16,519 nt of DNA from Candidatus Eiseniibacteriota bacterium. GTDB taxonomy: Bacteria; Joyebacterota; Joyebacteria; Joyebacterales; Joyebacteraceae. Position numbers and translations under genes: made by a program. Below the pieces are notes generated by a model. That model was not told the DNA's origin and ran no database searches. It saw only the letters and a program-made list of their open reading frames with translations. The stretch's first letter is position 1, and each line of letters begins with the position of its first letter. Positions 1 to 6,896 of this stretch are shown here, in pieces. Location: the NCBI GenBank assembly GCA_043819135.1, contig JBDRFG010000137.1, forward strand, positions 1-16,519, given 5' to 3'.

Positions 1-148
1 CGGCCACCTGGAAGAACTCCGCCGCCCGGTCCTGCTTCTCAAGCGCGTCGCAAAGGTCCGCCGTGTAGGTAGCGATGCCACACTTGCGTGGCAGGCTGCT
101 GCCCACGAACGCGACACGACGTGACCGTTGCTTCATGGCTCTTGGCAT
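1..148 (-). CDS. Glycosyltransferase family 4, N-terminal part (runs off the left edge; not in the ORF track)
   Basis: Manual translation from ATG at 148: MPRAMKQRSRRVAFVGSSLPRKCGIATYTADLCDALEKQDRAAEFFQVA. The 'AFVG..LPR.CGIAT.T.DL' motif is typical of a GT4 subfamily N-terminus. GGAG lies about 11 nt upstream; an alternative ATG is at 136. Confidence 0.85.
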   Translation of the reverse strand, partial: MPRAMKQRSRRVAFVGSSLPRKCGIATYTADLCDALEKQDRAAEFFQVA

Positions 149-300
149 TGATTCTCAATCTCCATCAAACCATCTGCGTCGGCGGCTGCCGGTTGATGTT
201 CCGGGCGAACGCCCGAGTGTTCTTGGCTCAAGCGCGGCGCCCCTCTTGCGAGGGGCGTCGGGTGCCGTAGAGCGTCGGCAGCAGATGCCGTTCAGGAACC

Positions 301-329
301 AAGATACTGCCAATACGGGCTGGCGGCAA
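301..329 (-). promoter_or_regulatory. Putative sigma70 promoter for the left-edge GT4 gene
   Basis: TTGCCG (329-324), 17 nt spacer, TATCTT (306-301). Confidence 0.5.
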
Positions 330-398
330 GGACTCCGTCAAGCTCCACTGACCCACGGGAACCGACCTCTCACCGACGACGTGGCTCTCGTGACCACA

Positions 399-776
399 TC
401 AGCCCGCGTACAAGCTACGCGAGGTACCTGATCCTGCCCGATCTAGAGATCTCCTACCATTCTTCGGCAGAAGGCGCCTCGCAACCAGCCGCTCCCCCAT
501 CGTGTCGTGAATAGCCTCGAAGCAGGCCCCCGCTACCAACTCGATGCGAACACCCGTCTCCTTGGAGGCGGGTGTTTGCACAGAGGCCAGCATGGTCGGA
601 CGGCTGAAGAGGTGCATCAGGATGTCGCCTGTGTCCGGGTCCACCTCAATCCGCTTCATGAACAGGCTGACCCACTGCCGCATCTCCTCCCTGGTCCCGG
701 CAGCGGACATTCCCCCGAACGCTCTGCGGCATTCCTCCACCAGAGACGCGTCAGCCAGAGTGGGCATCGGCCGCAC
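399..776 (-). pseudogene. C-terminal relic of a probable large serine recombinase reading through an att core
   Basis: 'REEMRQWVSLFMKRIEVDPDTGDILMHL' resembles the end of large serine recombinases. It continues 'IELVAGACFEAIH', where LVAGA is the reverse complement of a tRNA-3'-end-like core. An in-frame TGA at 786-788 and the end of the GT-C gene at 820 leave no room for the catalytic domain. Confidence 0.7.
525..539 (+). repeat. att-like core, copy 1 (GGCCCCCGCTACCAA; resembles the tRNA-iMet 3' end)
   Basis: Exact 15-bp direct repeat with 3559-3573. Initiator tRNA-Met typically ends ...CCGGCCCCCGC(T/A)ACCA. Confidence 0.8.
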
Positions 777-819
777 GGCGGCGCGTCAATTGGGTGGAGT
801 CGTAAGCGGCGGGATCTTG

Positions 820-2880
820 TCACGGGCTCCCCGACCCGCCTGCCGAGCCGCGCACTGGCTCGAACTGCGGTTCCGACGGACGTGGCGGAACGTACTCTCT
901 CACACGATACATCTTCGTAACCACTGTCCCCTTCCCGAGCACCGTGCCGTCCTCTGTGATCGCCATGCCCACTCGGTACCAGGGGTAGCTCCGATCCACG
1001 GTGTCGACGACGCGCTCGAAAAGATCAGGCAGCTCGTCGAGCGGAGACGTAAAGGGCTTGAGCCCAACCGTCCGCATGAAAAGGTAGTTGATCCCGGCGT
1101 CCCTCAGGGCCCCGTGTGCCGAAAGCCCGCTCATTCTGCTGATGTCGAGCCCGACGCCGACGTCGTCCCCCATCAGAACCTCGTTGCCGGGGAGGGACGC
1201 GATGAGGGGATAGCGGTAGGTCTGGTAGAAGTCGTGATCGGTCGGCCGAACGAGGAGGATCCGCGTGCCCACGGGAAGTCCGTAGACGATCTCGGGTATT
1301 CGATAGTATGCGAGACGCGACGCACCACGCTGATGCGACCAGATGTGGTGGTTCTCGCGGAACACCACGCGCAGCGTCTCGAGGCCCGAGAAGAGAACGG
1401 CTAGAGAAACGACAGCGATGATGACCGCTCGCGTTCTCTGCGCGACCGCGTCGAGAACAAGCGCGACCGGCACGCACGCAAGTCCCATGACCGGCAGGAG
1501 AAAACGCGGGAGATGGTGCTTCCCAAACCACCAGGTGAGAACACCGAGCGCGATGAGAGCCAGCACGACAACGCACCGCATCCTGACCGCGGCGCGCGCT
1601 TCGCGATCGAGGCCGCGTTTCGCGAACAACACTACGCCCGGGAGGGCGAGCGCCGCGAAGGCCGCTCCGAAGCCGGCCCCTCCGCTGTAGGTGCTGCCGA
1701 CGTGGCGGTCCATCATCGGGAAGACCCACCAGTAAGCACGCGCCGGCACGAACTGGAACTCCTGCCGGAGCCCCGATGACGCGGCCCACTCCCGGATCCC
1801 CATCGACAGCGGTTCGATCGGATTCCCGGTGAGGACAAGATTGCGCACGAACCAGAAGCCCGCCGGGATCGCCAGTGCTACTACGAGAATCCCCGTGGCC
1901 CCGAGAGCGCGGCGGAGTGATGACGGCCCCGGCTGAGCCGCCGAGAGCGCGTGGAAGATGAACACGAGCGGAACGGCAACGATGACAAACGGGAGGATCG
2001 AGTACTTCGTCCCGAGCGCGAGGCCAAGAGCGAAGCCCGCCGCCACGATCTCGCGCGTGCGACCGCGCCCTCCGACACTCGACTCGAGGGATCGAAGAAG
2101 AAAGAACGCGAAGCAGAGAATGAGCCCCGTCACGACGAGATCGTTCTTCGCGATCGTCGTCTGGAAGAACACGATTGGCGCCGTCAGGAAGACGAGCACC
2201 GCGATCGACGCAGAGGCGACCGATGCCCCGAACCTCCGTCCGATGCCGTAGATAGCGAGCGCCGCGAGAAAGGCGAACGGAAGCTGCACGATCGGTACGA
2301 GTTTATCGCTCCCGCCGAGGAAGAGGGCGAGGATTAGGAGCTCGGCGTTCGAGGGGTAGAAGGCGCCCGTTGAACCGTAGACGCCGAGATCGCCGTGCAG
2401 AAGCCAACTCGCCGTGCGCGGGAGGTGATAGGTCAGGACGTCCCAGTGGCGCGGAGGACCTGAGAGGCCCGACGACACCGCGATCGCGAGGAAAACCGCG
2501 CAGACGAAGAGTACTATGATGAGCGCGTCGTGGCGCCGATCGCGATTTCGCCCGGCCGCGGGCCGGCCCTTCCGGAGACGGAACTCGTCCTGTCGAGCGA
2601 CCTCGGGCCGGAGCGGCCGCACGCGACGCCACAGGAGCGACCACGCGGCTGCGCAGAGAAGGGCTGACACAGTGAGCGCGTTCCCAGCGGTGACCATCGG
2701 TCTGCTGGTCGCGGCGGCCAGGATTCCCAGAAGCTGGAATCCTACCACGAGAAGGCTGAAGGCCGCCAAGGCGCCCGCAGCTAGAGCGGCCACGCCAGAG
2801 CGCCAAAGCCTCCCGATTGGGACGGCCGCGAGCAGGAAGAGGAGGACAGTCAAGAAGACCATTAGGGGATCCACAAGCAC
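820..2880 (-). CDS. Multi-pass membrane glycosyltransferase, GT-C fold (ArnT/PMT_2-like)
   Basis: 686-aa ORF with many hydrophobic helices and motifs 'HWDVLTYHLP', 'FYPSNAELL', 'KNDL', 'GLALGTKYS', 'WFVRN...TGNP' and 'PRFLLP'. Start uncertain (GTG 2880, GTG 2874 or ATG 2862). Confidence 0.8.
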   Translation of the reverse strand: MLVDPLMVFLTVLLFLLAAVPIGRLWRSGVAALAAGALAAFSLLVVGFQLLGILAAATSRPMVTAGNALTVSALLCAAAWSLLWRRVRPLRPEVARQDEFRLRKGRPAAGRNRDRRHDALIIVLFVCAVFLAIAVSSGLSGPPRHWDVLTYHLPRTASWLLHGDLGVYGSTGAFYPSNAELLILALFLGGSDKLVPIVQLPFAFLAALAIYGIGRRFGASVASASIAVLVFLTAPIVFFQTTIAKNDLVVTGLILCFAFFLLRSLESSVGGRGRTREIVAAGFALGLALGTKYSILPFVIVAVPLVFIFHALSAAQPGPSSLRRALGATGILVVALAIPAGFWFVRNLVLTGNPIEPLSMGIREWAASSGLRQEFQFVPARAYWWVFPMMDRHVGSTYSGGAGFGAAFAALALPGVVLFAKRGLDREARAAVRMRCVVVLALIALGVLTWWFGKHHLPRFLLPVMGLACVPVALVLDAVAQRTRAVIIAVVSLAVLFSGLETLRVVFRENHHIWSHQRGASRLAYYRIPEIVYGLPVGTRILLVRPTDHDFYQTYRYPLIASLPGNEVLMGDDVGVGLDISRMSGLSAHGALRDAGINYLFMRTVGLKPFTSPLDELPDLFERVVDTVDRSYPWYRVGMAITEDGTVLGKGTVVTKMYRVREYVPPRPSEPQFEPVRGSAGGSGSP

Positions 2881-2899
2881 CTCACTCTGGACGCCTCGC

Positions 2900-3070
2900 C
2901 TACTCCGATCGCGCCCACCGGACGATCAGCCCGATCGCGTCCGCGTGGAGCAGGAGGTAAAGCAGGAGGAGCGAGCAGCACGCGCCGACGATCCATGAGG
3001 AATAGGGCGAGGGCTCCGGAGCTCGCTTCTTCTGCGAACGTGACTGTCTCGCTGGGCGCTTGCGCTTCAT
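2900..3070 (-). CDS. Small (56 aa) basic, single-TM hypothetical protein
   Basis: AGGAG then 8 nt then ATG at 3070. Sequence MKRKRPARQSRSQKKRAPEPSPYSSWIVGACCSLLLLYLLLHADAIGLIVRWARSE*. It lies between a promoter and the GT-C gene (19-nt gap). Confidence 0.55.
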   Translation of the reverse strand: MKRKRPARQSRSQKKRAPEPSPYSSWIVGACCSLLLLYLLLHADAIGLIVRWARSE

Positions 3071-3152
3071 CCTGTATTCTCCTACGTCTCGTGCCGATGG
3101 ACGACAGGTGGGCGATTCGCCCCTCACGGGACGGCCACGGACACACGCGGAG

Positions 3153-3181
3153 ATGATAGCACTGTTATGAGCGGAGACCAA
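3153..3181 (-). promoter_or_regulatory. Putative sigma70 promoter with extended -10 for the small ORF and GT-C
   Basis: TTGGTC (3181-3176), 17 nt spacer ending TGC, TATCAT (3158-3153). Confidence 0.55.
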
Positions 3182-3394
3182 CTCGGACTCGGCGCGGTGG
3201 TGTATCAGTTCCTGTGTGGAAAGGGCTTGGGGCGGCCACAGTGTACCGGGTCCAGGAACATCTCGGGCGTCCTTCACGCGAGCCTGCGGCCGTCCCGGAA
3301 GCACGCTGACCTCGTGGCCGTTGCGCAGTCGACGATGCCGGTCGCTGCGGGTGCACCACCCGGCCGCGCTGCCCTTGCCTCTCCCCAAGTCGAA

Positions 3395-3421
3395 TCGACG
3401 CTCGTGACGCTGGTGACGCTG
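3395..3421. repeat. 9-bp tandem repeat x3 (TCGACGCTC GTGACGCTG GTGACGCTG)
   Basis: Read directly from the sequence; GACGCT occurs at 3397, 3406 and 3415. Confidence 0.7.
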
Positions 3422-3450
3422 TCTCCCGATCTTTCTGCCCGGACTGCCCA

Positions 3451-3573
3451 TCACGCCGCCGTTCCTACCCTCACCATCTCCAGCTCTGCGTGCTTGACTC
3501 CCTAGTAGCGCCAGTGCGTCGTAACGACAGGCAGCCGCTCCGAATCGGCTACTAACCGGGCCCCCGCTACCAA
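3451..3573 (-). pseudogene. Orphan recombinase C-terminal tail next to att core 2
   Basis: Translation from 3573: LVAGARLVADSERLPVVTTHWRY*GVKHAELEMVRVGTAA*. Same frame relative to the core as the 399-776 relic, with an internal TAG at 3502-3504. Confidence 0.55.
3559..3573 (+). repeat. att-like core, copy 2 (GGCCCCCGCTACCAA)
   Basis: Identical to 525-539. It ends in CCA-A and is followed 6 nt later by a 12-bp hairpin, as expected downstream of a tRNA 3' end. Confidence 0.8.
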
Positions 3574-3579
3574 ACATGG

Positions 3580-3607
3580 AGAGCCCGGGTCCCTAGACCC
3601 GGGCTCT
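3580..3607. terminator. Perfect 12-bp stem-loop, probable terminator
   Basis: AGAGCCCGGGTC-CCTA-GACCCGGGCTCT, between core 2 and the stop of the 3662 gene. U-tract is weak. Confidence 0.7.
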
Positions 3608-3661
3608 TCGTCCTAGGAGGAACCACCTCCCGGGGCTGGCGTCTGTGGGGCGAGGTAGTGG

Positions 3662-6574
3662 CTACTGGCCCTCTAGCTCTGACCGGATCATCTCTAGACC
3701 TCGCGCGACCTGCGGATCGCCGGGAGCAAGATCGTCCGCCCTGAGCAGTGAGGCCTCGGCCCTCTCAAGCACCCCCCGGAGCTCGTCCGGATCTGCGCCG
3801 CCCTGAGATGACAGACCCATCCATCGCTGATAGTCCTCTGACGCCTTTCGAACGTAAGCCATGACGAGAGCGCTGCCGCCGAGGTGACTGACCTCGGGAT
3901 CGTCCGGGAGGATGCGGTCGGCTATCCAGATCTCCTCCAGAGCCGCGTTCATGTTCCCTTCGTACAAGTGGAGCGAGCTCAAGAGAAGATGTCGACGACC
4001 TTCGATGGCCCGGTCCAACTCGGCGCCGAAAGCGTCAGGCCACGTCGACGGTGGGTCCTCCAGGATCGACGCGAAGTCGGGCCTGGCAGCGAGGAGCGCC
4101 TCGAGGTTCTCGGGCCTCGTGTCCCTGCCAAAACTCCGGGACTCCGAGAACTCAAGAAGAGCGTGATCGTCCGTGTTGATCGGACCGTCCCCCACGAACT
4201 CCCGTATCGCTGCGGAGTCAAGCACCAGACACGACACGATCTTTGCCGGCGAGTAAAGCCCCACCGACTTGAGCAGCTCGCCGGCGGTTGGCACACGCGA
4301 GTCTGAGCCTTCGTGCGTCCCGGAGCTCCCGCGCGACAGCGCAGGCTCGAAGATCGTCTCGAGGTTTGCGAGCGTGGTTGTGACCCCGTTCGGACCTCCT
4401 ACGAGCACGCCGTGTTGGCTCGCCATGAAGACGGCCGACTCGGGGAAGACCGAAGAGAACGTACGCAGCAGCACCCTGAAGTCCGAGGACGAGAGCTGGT
4501 GGAGCGGAAGGTACTGAACCATCACTCCGCCCGCGGCAAGCCTCGAGCGGCACAGCTCATAGTAGTCCTTCGTGTAGAGTGCAGGGCTCGCTACGGCGGG
4601 GTGGATCGGATCGCAGCTGATGACATCAAACGTCTTGTCTGTGCCGATGACATAGCTCCGTCCGTCCTCTATGACCCCGCGCACTCTCGAGTCCTTGAGG
4701 ACATCGTAGTTGTATTCGGCGAACACATCAGCGACGTCGAACACGCCGGGGGCGATTTCCACAACCGTGATCTCCTTGAACGGATGTGACGCGACGGCGG
4801 CAAGGGTCGTTCCCATGCCGAGTCCGATCACGAGGGCCGAGTCCCGGCGCTCGGCGAGAATCGCGGGGAGGTGTCCGAGGAAGCCCGCTGTCTGGAGGGC
4901 GCCCATGGACGTGTCCATCGCGAACGTACCGTTGGTGTAGAGACGTCTCACCCCGGTGTCCGTGTCCTCAACCACGATAATCGATGCGCCAATCTCCTCC
5001 TTGTAATAGAGGGTGGTCGTCCCAGCCCCCTTTTCAATCTTGCCGAGGTAGTATTCGCCTCGGTGAGAGGAGGCGGCAACGATCAGGACGGCGACGCCGA
5101 CGGCCATGGCTGCGTACGACAAGCCGACACGCGTTACGCGACGAGGTCGCATCGCTGTCAACAGCAGGAAGCCACCGAACCCCACCAGCAGTATGGCAGA
5201 GATGAGAACGGTCCCTTTCGTTCCAACCGCAGGTATGAGCACGAACCCGGCGAGCAGACTTCCGAGGACAGCGCCAGCCGTGTTGGCGGCGTAGACGGCC
5301 CCGATGCGTCCGCCGAGTCCACGACGCGGCTTTCCACCGGACGCGTCATGACTCGACCCAGCGCGTCCCGTTCGACCTGCGGCGGCCGCCAGCAGGATCG
5401 GGAAGAGCGCACCCGACAGGGCCGCTGGCACGAACATAATGGCCGACGAGAGCCCCAGCCGTCCCACGAAGATCTGACCCCACGTCGGCCCCTGCCCGGG
5501 GGGCGCCAAGGTGCCCACAATCCCCTGGAAGATCTTAGCGCTCTCGAAGATGAGAGGTATGGCGAGCGCTGCCGTCGCGCCGAACCCGATGAGCAGAAAC
5601 GGCACCGCGAATGGCGTCTCTCTGCGCCTCGAGGAGACGATGAGACTCCCCGCGCCGATCCCGATCAGGAACGCCATGAGCATCGCGGAGACCGAGAAGA
5701 TACTCGAGGCAAGCATGAGACGGAGCACCCTGCCCCATACGACCTCGCAGGCGAGCGCTGAGAAGCCCGCCAGGAACGTGGCTGCGTAGATGCCCCACGA
5801 CGGAATCCGAGGTCCGGCCTCGGCCTTCGCGTCCGACGCGGACGACTGCTCGGACGCATCTTCGTCAGCCGCCCTACCACCCGTCCGCACCAGCACGAGC
5901 GCCGCCGCGCCCGCGACGACGTTCATGAGCACGGCCACGAGCGAGGTCGACGAGGTGCCAAGATATCGAAGAAGCACGAAACCTGCCAGGAAGACTCCGA
6001 GCACGGCTCCTAGCGTGTTGACGCCGTAGAGCCCGCCGATGAGCCGCTGCGACGCCCGCGTGCGACAAAGACGGACGGCGGCGCGAACCATCACGGGGAA
6101 CGTCGCCCCCATGAGCATCGTGGGGACGATTAGGAGCAGAAAGACGCCCGCGACTCGCAGGACGACAGCCATAGACGTCGGTCCGCCGGGTCCGTAGAAC
6201 ATGTAGTAGACCGCGCTGGCGCCTCGGACTCCGAGCGGGACTAGGAGAGCGGACACGCCGATACCGAATTGAAGGAACGCATAGATGGTCAGAGCCCGCG
6301 CGCGCCGTCTGTCGAAGACGCTTCCCAGGTACCCCGATCCGAAGGCAAGTCCCGCCATGAAGGCCGCGAGTACGGTGGCGACTGCGGCGGTCGAGCTTCC
6401 GAGCGAGAACTCGAGCGATCTGATCCAGACCACCTGGTGCACGAGGCCCGAGGCACCGGAAACGAAGAAGATCGCAAACAGAACGAACGTGACTCCGCGG
6501 ACTGTCGGAAGCTCTCTGGCCCTGAAAGGAGCTCGAGAAGCTCTCTTGGACTTCCTGCGGTGCGATTCCGACAT
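3662..6574 (-). CDS. Fused MFS-like membrane domain / spermidine-synthase-like SAM-dependent domain with C-terminal TPR-like helices
   Basis: N-terminal TM region 'FFVSGASGLVHQVVWIR', 'LYGVNTLGAVLG'. Class I SAM motifs 'LVIGLGMGTT', 'VVEIAP', 'EDGR', 'FDVISCDPIHP', 'LYTKDYY..RL..GG'. Start placed at ATG 6574 (GAGAGG upstream) rather than 6601. Confidence 0.9.
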   Translation of the reverse strand: MSESHRRKSKRASRAPFRARELPTVRGVTFVLFAIFFVSGASGLVHQVVWIRSLEFSLGSSTAAVATVLAAFMAGLAFGSGYLGSVFDRRRARALTIYAFLQFGIGVSALLVPLGVRGASAVYYMFYGPGGPTSMAVVLRVAGVFLLLIVPTMLMGATFPVMVRAAVRLCRTRASQRLIGGLYGVNTLGAVLGVFLAGFVLLRYLGTSSTSLVAVLMNVVAGAAALVLVRTGGRAADEDASEQSSASDAKAEAGPRIPSWGIYAATFLAGFSALACEVVWGRVLRLMLASSIFSVSAMLMAFLIGIGAGSLIVSSRRRETPFAVPFLLIGFGATAALAIPLIFESAKIFQGIVGTLAPPGQGPTWGQIFVGRLGLSSAIMFVPAALSGALFPILLAAAAGRTGRAGSSHDASGGKPRRGLGGRIGAVYAANTAGAVLGSLLAGFVLIPAVGTKGTVLISAILLVGFGGFLLLTAMRPRRVTRVGLSYAAMAVGVAVLIVAASSHRGEYYLGKIEKGAGTTTLYYKEEIGASIIVVEDTDTGVRRLYTNGTFAMDTSMGALQTAGFLGHLPAILAERRDSALVIGLGMGTTLAAVASHPFKEITVVEIAPGVFDVADVFAEYNYDVLKDSRVRGVIEDGRSYVIGTDKTFDVISCDPIHPAVASPALYTKDYYELCRSRLAAGGVMVQYLPLHQLSSSDFRVLLRTFSSVFPESAVFMASQHGVLVGGPNGVTTTLANLETIFEPALSRGSSGTHEGSDSRVPTAGELLKSVGLYSPAKIVSCLVLDSAAIREFVGDGPINTDDHALLEFSESRSFGRDTRPENLEALLAARPDFASILEDPPSTWPDAFGAELDRAIEGRRHLLLSSLHLYEGNMNAALEEIWIADRILPDDPEVSHLGGSALVMAYVRKASEDYQRWMGLSSQGGADPDELRGVLERAEASLLRADDLAPGDPQVARGLEMIRSELEGQ

Positions 6575-6711
6575 CAGGTTCCTCTCATAGCGCAGGACCA
6601 CGATTCGGCCTCTGGCTTAGCCACCGTGTGCCCTCTCACGTCCAAGGCGCCACGGACGAGGCAGTCGCGTTCAACCGAGTCGATTATGGGCTGCTAACTT
6701 GCCTATGGCCA

Positions 6712-6740
6712 ATTTTGCAGGCCCTACTCGAGGGTGTCAA
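6712..6740 (-). promoter_or_regulatory. Putative sigma70 promoter for the spermidine-synthase-like gene
   Basis: TTGACA (6740-6735), 17 nt spacer, CAAAAT (6717-6712). Confidence 0.5.
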
Positions 6741-6761
6741 GTGCCGTAACCAAATATGTCT

Positions 6762-6798
6762 AACCAAGTACTCACCCATCGTGTCCTGAATGGCCTCG
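6762..6798. repeat. Diverged copy of 483-519 (recombinase-tail relic)
   Basis: 30/37 identical, ungapped. Minus-strand peptides are EAIQDTMGEYLV and EAIHDTMGERLV. Confidence 0.8.
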
Positions 6799-6877
6799 CA
6801 GCCAGAGTGCCACCCTTGGCCTTGAACCTCACCTCGACCACGTCAGAATTCCGACCCAGACTTCTCTCTTGGACTTC

Positions 6878-6896
6878 GTAGCGGACCCCCGCTACC
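6878..6896 (+). repeat. att-like core, copy 3 (CCCCCGCTACC at 6886-6896) within the dyad GTAGCGGA-CC-CCCGCTAC
   Basis: 11-bp match to cores 1 and 2. The minus strand reads VAGVRYEVQERSLGRNSDVVEVRFKAKGGTLAA. It overlaps the flippase stop codon. Confidence 0.65.

Larger units (their letters stand above)
525..3573. mobile_element. Decayed integrative element (3034-bp unit) bounded by 15-bp direct repeats, carrying a GT-C gene
   Basis: Direct repeats at both ends, a recombinase relic at the left end, an in-frame recombinase-type tail at the right end (3451-3573), and cargo with its own promoter between them. Confidence 0.65.

Noticed and set aside
3164..3172. GCTCATAAC on the minus strand resembles the tRNA-iMet anticodon loop
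   Set aside because: No flanking anticodon stem, opposite strand to the cores, and it lies within a promoter spacer; likely chance.
3502..3504. Programmed amber readthrough (pyrrolysine or recoding) in tail 2
   Set aside because: Several intact genes here end in TAG, and no pyl genes are in view. Pseudogene decay is the simpler explanation.
3480..3573. Intact tRNA gene ending at the CCA of core 2 (likewise at core 1)
   Set aside because: No T-loop, anticodon arm or matching acceptor 5' strand is present; only the 3' fragment.
2900..3577. 225-aa minus ORF and the 3167-3505 plus ORF as full genes
   Set aside because: Low-complexity R/G/A-rich translations that cross an att core, a repeat or a promoter. 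Only the last 56 codons of the minus ORF have an RBS and a plausible composition.
525..6896. CRISPR array or classical integron attC array
   Set aside because: The repeats are 11-15 bp and kilobases apart, there are no cas or intI genes, and I saw no attC-type long imperfect palindromes. The integron comparison is only an analogy.
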